Below the pieces are notes generated by a model. That model did no database searches. It saw only the letters and a list, made by a program, of their open reading frames with translations, and was not told where the DNA came from. Positions 28,983 to 39,051 of a stretch of 64,000 nucleotides of DNA are shown in pieces (positions within the stretch are counted from its first letter, which is position 1; each line of letters opens with the position of its first letter). A program made the translations under genes and the position numbers. Origin of the DNA: a virus; IMG/VR virus record IMGVR_UViG_3300007643_000211, positions 3,099 through 67,098 of that record; one strand, 5' to 3'.

Positions 28983-30287
28983 CTACTCGCCGGGAAACAT
29001 CTGTGTTGCTCTCTCCCCCGTAAACTGCTCCCACCGCTGCACAATCACGTCGCAATACAACGGGTCGAGTTCCATCAGGAATGCCCGGCGGCCGGTTTGT
29101 TGGGCGGCGATCAGTGTTGAGCCGCTGCCGCCGAATAGGTCGAGGACGTTTTCGCCGGTACGGGACGAGTACTGCATGGCACGCACCGCCAGTTCGACCG
29201 GTTTTTCGGTCAGGTGGACCATGCTCTGCGGGTTGACCTTCTTCACGTGCCAGAGGTCCGTGGCGTTGTTCGGGCCGAAGAACTCGTGGGCCGCTCCCTC
29301 TTTCCAGCCGTAGAAAGACCACTCGTGAGCACCCATGAAATCTTTTCTGGTGAGCACTGGATGCTGCTTGTCCCAAATGAGCGCCTGTGAAAAATACAGC
29401 CCATGCTTCTTCAGAAACGGCGGGTAGTTTGCGCAGTTGGCGTAGCCGCCCCAGATGTAGAACCCGCGTCCCGGCGCCAGCACGCGGGCGATGTTGCCGA
29501 ACCAGGCATCCAGCAGCCGGTCAAACTCCTCGTCGGAAACGAAGTCATTCGCCAGTGGGCGATCCTTGGCCCGGAGCTTCTTCTGCGTCGGTCTCGACTT
29601 CTCCGGATGCCGTGCCACGTCCATCGACTGATGGTGGGTCGTCCCCTGAAATGAGGAGAGCCCAGCGGCGATGGCATTGTTCGATCGCGGTTCGACCTTC
29701 ACATTATACGGCGGGTCTGTATTGCAAAGGTGAATCGGTTGGCCATCGAGTAGGCGATCAAGATCCTCTGCACTACTGCCGTCACCGCAGAGCAGACGAT
29801 GCTCACCGAGAATCCACAGGTCGCCAGGTTTGGTGGTTGCCTCGTCTGGTGGTGCAGGAATCTCATCCGGATCGGTCATGCCTTCCTGGACGCCGGGATC
29901 GAGCAGCTTGGCCAGCTCGTCCTGATCGAATCCCAACAGCCCGAGGTCGAAGTCCATTCCCTGCAATTCGGAGAGTTCGATCGGCAGCAGTTCCAGATTC
30001 CACTCGGCGATCTCGGCGGTCTTGTTGTCGGCGATGCGGAGCGCTTTGATCTTCTCCGGCGATAGACCGCGAGCGACATGTACCGGCACCTCGGTGAGTC
30101 CGAGTTTCCTGGCTGCCTTCAAACGGGTGTGGCCGATGATGATTACGCCTTCGTCGTCGACCACGATGGGTTGGCGGAATCCGAATTCCTGAATCGACCG
30201 GGCCACTGCCTCGACGGCATCGTCATTCAGTCGCGGGTTCTTGTCGTAAGGGATCAGGCGATCAATTGACCAGGTTTCAACTTGCAT
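28983..30287 (-). CDS. ParB-N domain + N6A/N4C DNA methyltransferase
   Basis: PYDKNPRLN...GHTRLKAA (ParB-N); TDPPY, HLTEKP, VLDLFGGSGST. Confidence 0.93.
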   Translation of the reverse strand: MQVETWSIDRLIPYDKNPRLNDDAVEAVARSIQEFGFRQPIVVDDEGVIIIGHTRLKAARKLGLTEVPVHVARGLSPEKIKALRIADNKTAEIAEWNLELLPIELSELQGMDFDLGLLGFDQDELAKLLDPGVQEGMTDPDEIPAPPDEATTKPGDLWILGEHRLLCGDGSSAEDLDRLLDGQPIHLCNTDPPYNVKVEPRSNNAIAAGLSSFQGTTHHQSMDVARHPEKSRPTQKKLRAKDRPLANDFVSDEEFDRLLDAWFGNIARVLAPGRGFYIWGGYANCANYPPFLKKHGLYFSQALIWDKQHPVLTRKDFMGAHEWSFYGWKEGAAHEFFGPNNATDLWHVKKVNPQSMVHLTEKPVELAVRAMQYSSRTGENVLDLFGGSGSTLIAAQQTGRRAFLMELDPLYCDVIVQRWEQFTGERATQMFPGE

Positions 30288-30309
30288 TGCATTTGCTCCA
30301 AAAAGAAGT

Positions 30310-30648
30310 TCAGGAATGGCGATCCGTAAGCGGGGACTGGTCCCAGATCAGGTTCAGGTCATCGATCGCCCCGGTTCCGCAGTGTTCGTGAATCCAGGCG
30401 AGCCCGCATTTGGTGACGGCAACTTGTCGCACGCGGTCACGATTCGGTTCGGTCAGACGGCGGACCAGACCGGCGCTGGCCAGTCGCCGTGTCCAGCGAG
30501 ACCAGCGACTGCGATTTCGGGATGTCGGCAATTGGCGTAACCACACCGACGGTTCGTAGTGTGTCGGGCGGTCGTCGCGGGTCCGCTCAGCAATCGCCAG
30601 GAGCAATCGGATCGCCACAGGCGGCCACTCGTTTGCGCTGGTTGCCAC
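30310..30648 (-). CDS. Hypothetical wHTH-like protein
   Basis: RWTRRLASAGLVRRLTE...VAVTKCG pattern; operon position. Confidence 0.45.
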   Translation of the reverse strand: MATSANEWPPVAIRLLLAIAERTRDDRPTHYEPSVWLRQLPTSRNRSRWSRWTRRLASAGLVRRLTEPNRDRVRQVAVTKCGLAWIHEHCGTGAIDDLNLIWDQSPLTDRHS

Positions 30649-30915
30649 AGAATCTCCGACCGAACCTCATTCGCAGAAACACGTTGCCACGAATCCTCAG
30701 AAAAACCGGACTTGTCCGGACACACGAAAGAAAGTCAGCCTAATAACGCGACGGTTCCCGCTGGCGTTTTCTTTTAGGCCCCCGCCTCGGGAGGAACCAT
30801 GGCCTAAAATCCGACGCCACTGGTGGCCACGTGTCGCGTCGCTACGCGACTGGTATCCAACGCCAACCTCAGGGTTGGATCGCGACAGTCGCGAACGTGG
30901 GCGACCGTGTTGACA

Positions 30916-31176
30916 TTAGGTTGAACGCGGATTGAACTCACCACACCACCAATCGCAGCAGACGACCGGGAACGTGGCGAGCCATGGTCTTGCCTTCTGC
31001 GGATCATGTGGAGGATGGCGTCGACATTCCCCACCACCTCGAATCCCATCGCCGCTGACGATGACTTGCTCGGGGGTGTCAGCCGATGGGTTCGCGTGGA
31101 AGTGCGCGCACTGATCACAGCGACGCATATTGATCTCCTGAATTGTGGGGCGGGGAATTACTGCCATTTCTGCCAC
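30916..31176 (-). CDS. Small Cys-rich hypothetical protein
   Basis: CDQC...GECRRHPP...FP.V...WWCGEF, a common phage motif. Confidence 0.6.
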   Translation of the reverse strand: MAEMAVIPRPTIQEINMRRCDQCAHFHANPSADTPEQVIVSGDGIRGGGECRRHPPHDPQKARPWLATFPVVCCDWWCGEFNPRST

Positions 31177-31428
31177 TGATCACTCGCGCCGGTCCGAAAA
31201 TGGAGAGGAAAACTCGTTGAGAGAAAGGTCTTGGAAGTAATGGCAGTAATTGTTTTTTTCTTCTCTCATCTCTTCTAACTCCTGATTCTTTATGCCGTTG
31301 CGGCGATCGAATTTGTGCCAAACTATCTCTGGCACAAATTGATTTCTGCCACGGCAGGAATCCCGTCTTTCAGTTAATGCGCTGCGCACCGACTTCGGCA
31401 GTAATATTTGTGCCACGGCAGAAAAGGC
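31156..31428. repeat. TGCCA/TGGCA iteron-like cluster, putative replication origin
   Basis: AATTACTGCCA 31156/TGGCAGTAATT 31241; AATTTGTGCCA 31310/TGGCACAAATT 31330; ATTTGTGCCA 31406; TGCCACGGCAG twice; AT-rich spacers. Confidence 0.6.
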
Positions 31429-33679
31429 GGTAAACATGCCTTGGACGCCCAGCCCCTGGCTGCTTGATCCAGTCCGTTTGGATCAGTTCCTGATCGATCA
31501 GCGCCTCGCGAATTGCATCATGTTCCCGACGAGGCCAGCGATGTTTACGGGCAATCAGGAGGTACGGCATCCATTCGTCGCCATTCTTGCGTCGCCAGTT
31601 TGAGAGCGTCTGCACGACCTTTTGACATTTCTGCTCAAACTCACTTTCGTGAAAATGCTCTCCGAGCATGAAGATCGTGCGCCGGATCGTGTGTTCGACG
31701 AATGCGGTGGACCAGGTCACGGACGGGAGCTCGATGACAGGTTCAGTTCCATGCACGGAACAGGCGTAGATCAAAGCGAGTTGTGTTGCCTTCTCGACGG
31801 CACGCGCCCAGATCGCCATCACGGGCTCGTTACCCTGCTTTGCGGCTTCGCGATAGGCGTCATCGCTGCGATCCGCGAACGCATCGATGACGCATTGTGC
31901 ATCGTCTGTGAATGGTACGACCAGCGGCGTTGCTTGCCCGCATGACTCGTCGCTGAGGTTGCCCCAGCCCGGTGGCCAGAATGTCGACCATTGTTTCGCG
32001 ACGGCGACGATCGACTCCGGGGGATCACGCCAGTCGGGACGCTTACGCCGTCCACGCGGCCCCGCTTCGACGGTGATGAGTCGAGCCAGCAGGCCCTTGT
32101 TGAGCATCTTACCGGAGAGCGACGCATAGAATTCACCGGGTGTCGTCGTGCCGAACAGGACCAGGTGGGGCTGATAGATCAGTCCAGATTTCTCGCCCGC
32201 ACGATCGCGGATTGCTCGCCAGCCGCCAGCTTTACCGTAGAGTTCAAGCAGCATGCCGAACTGATTGCGGTAGCGGGCTTCCTTGTTGTCCCGCATGTTT
32301 TCGAACAGCGTATCAATCTCGTCATCCTGTTTTAGGATAATCGGATGACCAATCAGACGATCTTCGATTCCTTCGCCGCTGGCTGATTTTCCGGCGATCT
32401 TGCGGGTCTCATCCGCTTGCAGCAGGATGCTCGCATTGACCTTGCGTGGCCAGTCCTTGCCGACGCCGGAACTCGCCAGTGCGAGGATCTGCACATTCGT
32501 CCGGATGTTTCCCGGTTCGCGCACCTTGCGACCAGTGAGTGTCCCAAGGAGTGCGATCGCTCCGACGAATGCCAGGGGACGATTGGGATAGGGAGCCGTT
32601 TCGAGTGTGAACCGCATCACGTCATCGACGAATCCCGGAATGTAGAGCAGCTCATCGGGAATCGGTCCAGGATCACCCGACAAAGGCTCACTGGGGACTT
32701 CGGCTGTCAGAACGGAAACACTTGGCGAATGTGTCTTGCCCTCGGCCTTACTGACGATCGCAGTGACGTCCACGTCGTTGTCAACAGGATGGTCCCGTTC
32801 TTGATTTAGTAGCCATCCGCGTGGTTGATCGTGTGGCTTCTTCGCTGCATCTTCAACTTTGTGTCGCAGTTCCTTTTCCGTCCACGGTGGATCGCAACGT
32901 GGGTTGTAATGGTCCAGCAGAATCCCAAGTGCCTGCTCGGGATCGAGTTCGAATCCATGCACGAGTACGGTGGCCGCTGTATACGTTGTGGAATGGCCAC
33001 CTTGTCCGCTGATGGCTGGCGGGATCTTGTCGAGATACGCCAGTGCGCGGCGTTCGATTTCATGCGGTGCCAGGTCCACTCGACAAGTAGAAGGTGACGG
33101 CGTTGGTTTCGGTGACTTCGTCGGAACTGAACCGTACCGTATCTCAATGACCCGTTTCGCGAGCGCTTCGACACAGGCTGTCAGCATCGGCGCGGGGACG
33201 ATCGCTGGTTCACCAGTCAGGATTTCGTATTGGCTGCCATCGTCGGGATGGATACTTGGACCGACGACCGTTTGGCCTCCTGTACTCCGAAGTTCCACAA
33301 TCATCTTGTTGGTGATTGGATCTCTGTGCTGCTTAGTCTCTGTCCCTTCCGCGTAATACCAGCGATGTGATCGCAGCTTGCCGGGTCGACCGGAGATGGC
33401 TGGCGTCGCTGGTAGAAACTGATCCGCGAGTTCGATTGCTTCGGGGCAGTCGAGATCGACATCGACGAGCCAATGGGATGGTTCTCCAACCGCGACCCCA
33501 ATATTGGCTGGTTGATCGAAGTATTCAGCGAGATCTTCGTCCGTCAGGCGTAGTTGTTCCCACGCCTGGATCACCGCGCCTTTTTGCTTGTACGGAATCG
33601 GCACGACACACCATCCGCGACGCACGTATTCGCGTGCGGCTTCCAATGGTGTGACAGCATTGTGACCAGACTGGCCCAT
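31370..33679 (-). CDS. Bifunctional DNA primase/polymerase with DUF3987-type helicase-like domain
   Basis: ANIGVAVG..LVDVDLD, ELRSTGGQTV..PSIHP (prim-pol); SGVGKD, QDDEID. Confidence 0.87.
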   Translation of the reverse strand: MGQSGHNAVTPLEAAREYVRRGWCVVPIPYKQKGAVIQAWEQLRLTDEDLAEYFDQPANIGVAVGEPSHWLVDVDLDCPEAIELADQFLPATPAISGRPGKLRSHRWYYAEGTETKQHRDPITNKMIVELRSTGGQTVVGPSIHPDDGSQYEILTGEPAIVPAPMLTACVEALAKRVIEIRYGSVPTKSPKPTPSPSTCRVDLAPHEIERRALAYLDKIPPAISGQGGHSTTYTAATVLVHGFELDPEQALGILLDHYNPRCDPPWTEKELRHKVEDAAKKPHDQPRGWLLNQERDHPVDNDVDVTAIVSKAEGKTHSPSVSVLTAEVPSEPLSGDPGPIPDELLYIPGFVDDVMRFTLETAPYPNRPLAFVGAIALLGTLTGRKVREPGNIRTNVQILALASSGVGKDWPRKVNASILLQADETRKIAGKSASGEGIEDRLIGHPIILKQDDEIDTLFENMRDNKEARYRNQFGMLLELYGKAGGWRAIRDRAGEKSGLIYQPHLVLFGTTTPGEFYASLSGKMLNKGLLARLITVEAGPRGRRKRPDWRDPPESIVAVAKQWSTFWPPGWGNLSDESCGQATPLVVPFTDDAQCVIDAFADRSDDAYREAAKQGNEPVMAIWARAVEKATQLALIYACSVHGTEPVIELPSVTWSTAFVEHTIRRTIFMLGEHFHESEFEQKCQKVVQTLSNWRRKNGDEWMPYLLIARKHRWPRREHDAIREALIDQELIQTDWIKQPGAGRPRHVYRLFCRGTNITAEVGAQRIN

Positions 33680-33698
33680 CGTTTCCGACGTTCCTCCG

Positions 33699-34133
33699 TT
33701 AACGCAGTTGTGGAGGCGAAGTCAGGCTGACGGACTTCGTATGTTTCTGAATCAGGTCAGCAGCTGGACCAGCAGCGGGACGGTCATCGATCAATGAATC
33801 GGTGGTTTGAGCGTCGATCAGAATTGCCAAACAGGCACGCGCATGTGCCAGATGAGAGATACCACTCTCAGGATCATCGTCCTGACCATCGAGCCATTGC
33901 GCGAGATGCCGCATGGCTGCAGAGAGGTATATTGAAGATCGGACTGATTTCACTCGCCAGTTGTAGGCTCCGCCGTACTTGTCAGCCCCATGCCCGAATA
34001 CAATGGCTTCGAGGATGTTGGCGGACTGTGGGACGAGATGGAGAGGAGGCTTTCTGCGACCAATGACATCCTTTGGGTTTTCGGTCGATTCATCCGGATC
34101 GAAGATACGAGGACAATCGTGTTCAGTCATCAT
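33699..34133 (-). CDS. dATP/dGTP diphosphohydrolase domain protein (DUF5664-like)
   Basis: KPPLHLVP...GADKYG.YNWR...AAMRHL.QWLDG.D.DPESGISHLAHARACLAIL. Confidence 0.85.
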   Translation of the reverse strand: MMTEHDCPRIFDPDESTENPKDVIGRRKPPLHLVPQSANILEAIVFGHGADKYGGAYNWRVKSVRSSIYLSAAMRHLAQWLDGQDDDPESGISHLAHARACLAILIDAQTTDSLIDDRPAAGPAADLIQKHTKSVSLTSPPQLR

Positions 34134-34134
34134 T

Positions 34135-34767
34135 TCAGGACTTTCCTCCCCAGACGCGGACGGGAGTGGTCACCGCAGCTTTGGCGTCCCAGCCATAGCG
34201 ATAAAGCCTTGCTTCAAGAGTTGGCTTTGGAATGCCGTTTAACCTCGCCCATTCGGCAAGTGGCTTATGAACTCCGTCGATCTCGATGATTCGATTTGAC
34301 CGAAGATTCAATGTCTGTTCCTGTTGGAGTGCCCATCGGCAATTCTCAGGTGAGTAGTCTCCGTTTCCATCAATCCGATCAATGCTGTGTTTCAGCGAGG
34401 GCCTTGGCGACATATCAGTGACAAATGACTCATAATCGTGCCATCGCTGACAGACTCGAATTCCGCGAGCGCCATAGAACCGGTATGCTGGATTACTTGT
34501 GTTGTAGTATCGCTGGAACATGAGGTTCCAAATGTTGTACAGCGGTTTCCGCTTGCGAAATCTCCGATTGTACGCCCGCTGGCAGTCTCGGCATTCAGAG
34601 CGTATGCCAGATGGTCGTCGGCGTTCTCGGTTGAATTCAGATCGTGGTTTGGATTCTCCGCAATGACTACAAGTCACCGGCGACGTGACTTGCTCCGATA
34701 ATATGTTCTGGTTCGACATCAGCCCTCCCCAGCGCTGCAACGGCAACAGAGATGGCAGCGGTGGCAA
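34135..34767 (-). CDS. Free-standing HNH-type homing endonuclease with Zn finger
   Basis: CSHC...CRDC; YGARGIRVC.RW...SIDRIDGNGDYSPENCRWA. Confidence 0.8.
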   Translation of the reverse strand: MPPLPSLLPLQRWGGLMSNQNILSEQVTSPVTCSHCGESKPRSEFNRERRRPSGIRSECRDCQRAYNRRFRKRKPLYNIWNLMFQRYYNTSNPAYRFYGARGIRVCQRWHDYESFVTDMSPRPSLKHSIDRIDGNGDYSPENCRWALQQEQTLNLRSNRIIEIDGVHKPLAEWARLNGIPKPTLEARLYRYGWDAKAAVTTPVRVWGGKS

Positions 34768-34841
34768 TCAGCACAGCCGGTTTGTTCGGTTTCACATTCG
34801 GTGCAATGGATGGTGGTCTGTTCGTTCAATGCAGAAACCTC

Positions 34842-35255
34842 TCAATTGGAAAAGAAGTGAATCAGGGCAGCGACACAATCGGCTGGATCAGCGGAGCGGG
34901 GTCGGATAACAGCGATGTTCATCTCATCCGCGAACGTACATTCCTGCGTCGCACCGTGGGAGTAGCCGGGGACACGGAGCAGTAAGTCGCAGCGGGCCAA
35001 GAGTTGGCGATCGTATTCCAGCCAGGTCTCGTATGGTTTGGGTGAGACGAGATGCCAGGCGAGCGTCAGATGTGGAATCAGCGGCGTGAACCCGGCATCG
35101 AGTAACGCATCGGCGATCTTGATCACATCATGGGTATTCTCGACGGGATCAGGGTTTGTGTAGGCAGCCGCAACGTAAACCAGAATCGACTGATCAGTCG
35201 CAGTTTGCCGTGGCTGGTGTGGGCAAAGCTGTGGCTGAGTCTGAGTCGCTGGCAT
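34842..35255 (-). CDS. DUF4406/nucleoside 2-deoxyribosyltransferase-like protein
   Basis: VYVAAAYT...PLIPH...LARCDLLLRVPGYSHGATQE; likely start ATG 35255. Confidence 0.72.
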   Translation of the reverse strand: MPATQTQPQLCPHQPRQTATDQSILVYVAAAYTNPDPVENTHDVIKIADALLDAGFTPLIPHLTLAWHLVSPKPYETWLEYDRQLLARCDLLLRVPGYSHGATQECTFADEMNIAVIRPRSADPADCVAALIHFFSN

Positions 35256-35598
35256 GTTGTGATCCATGAAAGAACTGATGGAGAATGGGGCCGTAATACG
35301 CATCGCGAGCGAGCAGGAATCGGGCTCGCATAACCTTGAGTGATTCCCGATCGACCGGGTTATTGACGAGCGGATGCATGACCTCGAACTTTTCGGGCAG
35401 CACATCATCAGGAACAAATCCCCAGGGACGGACCTTGACTGCGTCATCGACGCCGCCACCCGAGAACGGAATCACCGGGGTGCATTCGATCGAGAGATCG
35501 ACCATCTCCAGTAGCTCAGGTGTGATGCCCTCTTTGGCCAGTTCATCGCCGACGAAGCGTTTCAATACATCGAGGAAACTCAAAAGCAATTCTCCCAA
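35194..35598 (-). CDS. Hypothetical protein
   Basis: Operon position and spacing. Confidence 0.5.
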   Translation of the reverse strand: MGELLLSFLDVLKRFVGDELAKEGITPELLEMVDLSIECTPVIPFSGGGVDDAVKVRPWGFVPDDVLPEKFEVMHPLVNNPVDRESLKVMRARFLLARDAYYGPILHQFFHGSQHASDSDSATALPTPATANCD

Positions 35599-35610
35599 GA
35601 ACGAAAATGG

Positions 35611-36291
35611 TTACCGGCTGCGTAACAGCCACGGTTCGAAGTAAGCCTGTTTTCCGTTGATCACGACGCCGCAACCGAGGATCGGTTTGTGAGCGAATTT
35701 GCGTCCGTACTCGAACTGCATCTTGCTCGCATCGATGCCGCAGCCGACGGAAAGTCCGAAGACGCGGAACTCCGGGTTAGCCCACCAGCGTGCGCCCGCC
35801 TGATTGTGAAAGTGGCCGATGACGGTCGATCGAAAGTTGTCTTTGGCTTGTTTGAACACGGCATCCTGTCCGCCACGACCTGAATCACCGTGGGAATAGA
35901 TGACTCCATCAATCGTCAACTTGGAAAAACGAGGATGGACCGTCCAATCGACCTCCCACATGTCGGCGTAATCGCGGAGAATGTCCGGTGGTAATCCCGC
36001 CGTAACAGCCTGACGTTCGGTCAATGCATCGTGATTTCCAATAATCCAATCGGCGCTGGGAAACGCACGGGCCAGTGAGGCGACCTGCTTCTTCGCTTGT
36101 GAATATTCCAGTGCGGCGTTGCGAAGTGTCGGACTCTTTTCGTGATAAGAGATGGATGCCCAGTCAACGAGGTCGCCAATGTGGACCACGCGGTTGATGT
36201 CGTAAGAATCAGCGACTCGCTGCAAAAACCGGACATAGCCGGTCTTCATACCAGGGCAATGCGTATCGCCAATGACCAGGACGCGAGCCAT
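35611..36291 (-). CDS. Calcineurin-like metallophosphoesterase
   Basis: IGDTHCP, HIGDLVD, GNHD, SHGD, GHFH. Confidence 0.9.
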   Translation of the reverse strand: MARVLVIGDTHCPGMKTGYVRFLQRVADSYDINRVVHIGDLVDWASISYHEKSPTLRNAALEYSQAKKQVASLARAFPSADWIIGNHDALTERQAVTAGLPPDILRDYADMWEVDWTVHPRFSKLTIDGVIYSHGDSGRGGQDAVFKQAKDNFRSTVIGHFHNQAGARWWANPEFRVFGLSVGCGIDASKMQFEYGRKFAHKPILGCGVVINGKQAYFEPWLLRSR

Positions 36292-36540
36292 TCACGCTCC
36301 TTTCTGTTGCGACGATTGATCCGCTCTCAACCGCCTTACGATTTCCAGATCGTTTGGTCGATTGCGATACCAGAACGATTCAGAAATGTTGTAGATCTGC
36401 CGCACACCTTCGGACACCAGCACTCGCTCTTCTTCGGTTTGCGGAAGATTGAACCGAATGTGAGCGCCATGATGCGGTTCGTAGAAATGCGGATCACCAT
36501 CAAAGCGGAGCAGCGATCCACAGGTGGGACACTCGAGCAT
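36292..36540 (-). CDS. Hypothetical protein (CPTC)
   Basis: Abuts phosphoesterase start. Confidence 0.5.
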   Translation of the reverse strand: MLECPTCGSLLRFDGDPHFYEPHHGAHIRFNLPQTEEERVLVSEGVRQIYNISESFWYRNRPNDLEIVRRLRADQSSQQKGA

Positions 36541-36543
36541 GAA

Positions 36544-36849
36544 TTACCCGTTGAGTTCGTGAAACATTTCTTTGACAACCCGACGGCGGACTTTTTCCGT
36601 CGCTTCGATCAGGTCAAACAGTTCGCCAATAGGTTCAGGTGAACGACACCAGACGAAGAACTCCCAGCGAGGAACACCGTTGGCATCGATGAAGACAAGG
36701 CGCAGAGCATTCTGCAATTTCTCGACGCGCACGGCTCCATTGTCCAACAATGCGATGAAGCAGTTCTGGCGAACTCCTCGCCGCCAGCGGAGCTTGCCTC
36801 GCTCGGTCGCCTGGATCAGACAGGCCAACATGAATTCCACAGTCAGCAT
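36544..36849 (-). CDS. Hypothetical protein
   Basis: Operon position. Confidence 0.5.
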   Translation of the reverse strand: MLTVEFMLACLIQATERGKLRWRRGVRQNCFIALLDNGAVRVEKLQNALRLVFIDANGVPRWEFFVWCRSPEPIGELFDLIEATEKVRRRVVKEMFHELNG

Positions 36850-36993
36850 TCATATCCTTTCGTTTGAGCGACTCAGATGAGTCATGGAGAGATTGACGCC
36901 GCAAGAGAGCCGCGTCCTAAGTTGTGGAGCAGAGAGACTGCTCAAGAGCGTGCCCGATAAAGCGAATCAGCCTGTGAATACGGCAACCGAGGA

Positions 36994-37287
36994 TCAAAGA
37001 ATGCGTCCGAGTAGACTGGCCTTCATCGCGTCGATCGCCTGGCAGGCAATCAAATGTTCTTCAATGAGGGTGTGGTCGTGCGGACTGTCCATTTCGGCGT
37101 CCGCGATCTCCAGCGATTCGGCGAGGGTGCTCAACCCCTCAACGGCCTTGTAGTAGGCTTCGCGAATCTCCTGCGCCTGATGGGCATCCATGCTCCGAAA
37201 AATGTCTCGCAGGTTGCGTTCGCGTTCTTTTCTGGTCTGGTCAGTCATTTTTTGCTCCCGTGTTGGTGGTTGGTCTTCACGTGACAC
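36994..37287 (-). CDS. Hypothetical protein
   Basis: Operon position; helical charged sequence. Confidence 0.55.
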   Translation of the reverse strand: MSREDQPPTREQKMTDQTRKERERNLRDIFRSMDAHQAQEIREAYYKAVEGLSTLAESLEIADAEMDSPHDHTLIEEHLIACQAIDAMKASLLGRIL

Positions 37288-37368
37288 ATTGAGCCATGAT
37301 TTCGGAGACTCATCAAGCGCTGTTGGCCAGCATTCTGAAGCAATTCTGCTGCTGCGGAATGTGTCCCG

Positions 37369-39051
37369 TCAGAACGGAACATCATCCAGGTCAACTTCTT
37401 CCCAGATGGGGCTCGGCTCCGGCTTCGCACCAAGTTTGCAGCTGTGAATACGGTCGAACTTTTCACCTGCGACGGAACGTACCGTTACGAATTCGGTATG
37501 CGCCAGCGCACCGTTGTTGGCCAGATCGCACGCTTGTTGAGCGGTGTCGGGACAGGGATCAGGAGAACGGGCTTTCCACCATTGCTCAGCTTTCCGTCGT
37601 GCCCAGCCGGTGTGTTCAAAGCAGATCCATTCACTCACCCAGTAATCGAGACCGAGCCGATAATTGACTCGCATCGTTTTGGGAGCATCGTCATCGGCGT
37701 CTTTCTTGATGTGGACGCTGAACGTGATGTCGCGGACTTCGAACTCGGCATCGCTCACCTGACCGGAGAGGACACCGGCATTGGTGGCCTGCGATTCATG
37801 TTTCTTCCGTTCCGGCGGTGGGAACTCTTGTCCGCATTGTGGGCAGATGGAATAGGCCGGAGCAATCAGGGCCCGACAGTTAGGACACTCCTTCGCTGGC
37901 GCCGGTCCATCACCATCGCCAGGCTTCTCAACCACCTGCAGTTGGTCGACCGGACCGTGCCGCAGCACATTCCCGCCATAGTCGAGAACCAGACAGTTGG
38001 CTTTGCCGAAATGTAACCGGAACCCGCGACCAACCATCTGGTAGTAAAGTCCAGGTGACAGCGTCGGTCTCAGCAGGACAACGCAGTCGACATTCGGTGC
38101 ATCGAATCCAGTCGTCAGGACGTTAACATTGCACAGGTATTTCAGTGGAGGTTGCTGAAACAGCCCTTTCGACTCGCCCCGAAACCGACTCAATGTTTCA
38201 TCTCGTTCACCAGAGGGTGTTTCACCACAGACGAACCCACATTCAATGTTGTGTTTCTCTTTGAGAACATCGCAGACGTGCCGACCATGTTGCACGCCGC
38301 TGGCGAAGATCAGGACGGACTTCCGATCTTTCGTGACTTCAGCGATTTCCTCACAGGCCGCTTCAACCAGTGCAGCGTCATCCATCGTCGCTTCGACTTC
38401 GCTGGCGACGAACTCCCCGGCCCGAACATGCAACTGACTGGTATCCGCTTTGGCGATTCCGGCTTTGGAAATTAGCGGTGACAGAAATCCATCGGTAATC
38501 AATTGTCGGACGCCAACCTCAAAGCAAACCGAATTGAGGAAATGATCATCGCGACAGATCGGACCAGCATCGGGCCGAAACGGTGTTGCTGTGAACCCAA
38601 CGACGCGGACGTGCGGATCGAGAACTTTCGCATCGGCCAGGAACTGCCGATACATCCCTTCGCCATCGGCGGGGATAAGATGGCACTCATCCACAAGGAC
38701 CAGATCGAACGCATCGAGATCACATGCCCGTTTGTAGACGGACTGGATTCCCGCGACGATGACCGAATGCTGTGTGTCTCGTCGCTTCAGCCCGGCAGAG
38801 TAAACTCCAACTTTCAGATCCGGACAAACCTGTTTCAACTTATCGACCGACTGTTGCAGCAGCTCTTTGACGTGTGCCAGGATCAGCACACGACCGTTCC
38901 AGGTCTGGACGGCATCACGGCAGATGGTTGCCATGACCGGCGTCTTGCCGCCACCTGTCGGGATCACGACGACCGGGTTGTCATCGTGATCCCGCAGGTG
39001 CTGGTAAACAGCGTCAACAGCCTGCTGCTTATAGGGACGAAGCGTCAGCAC
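37369..39051 (-). CDS. SF2 DEAD/DEAH helicase (RadD/YejH-like)
   Basis: PTGGGKT, DECH, TATP, QMVGRGFR, C-terminal CPNC..CPQC. Confidence 0.92.
   Translation of the reverse strand: MLTLRPYKQQAVDAVYQHLRDHDDNPVVVIPTGGGKTPVMATICRDAVQTWNGRVLILAHVKELLQQSVDKLKQVCPDLKVGVYSAGLKRRDTQHSVIVAGIQSVYKRACDLDAFDLVLVDECHLIPADGEGMYRQFLADAKVLDPHVRVVGFTATPFRPDAGPICRDDHFLNSVCFEVGVRQLITDGFLSPLISKAGIAKADTSQLHVRAGEFVASEVEATMDDAALVEAACEEIAEVTKDRKSVLIFASGVQHGRHVCDVLKEKHNIECGFVCGETPSGERDETLSRFRGESKGLFQQPPLKYLCNVNVLTTGFDAPNVDCVVLLRPTLSPGLYYQMVGRGFRLHFGKANCLVLDYGGNVLRHGPVDQLQVVEKPGDGDGPAPAKECPNCRALIAPAYSICPQCGQEFPPPERKKHESQATNAGVLSGQVSDAEFEVRDITFSVHIKKDADDDAPKTMRVNYRLGLDYWVSEWICFEHTGWARRKAEQWWKARSPDPCPDTAQQACDLANNGALAHTEFVTVRSVAGEKFDRIHSCKLGAKPEPSPIWEEVDLDDVPF

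Noticed and set aside
33699-34133. 2-aminoadenine (Z) genome pathway
   Set aside because: No PurZ/PurA-like gene or dedicated polymerase seen in the window
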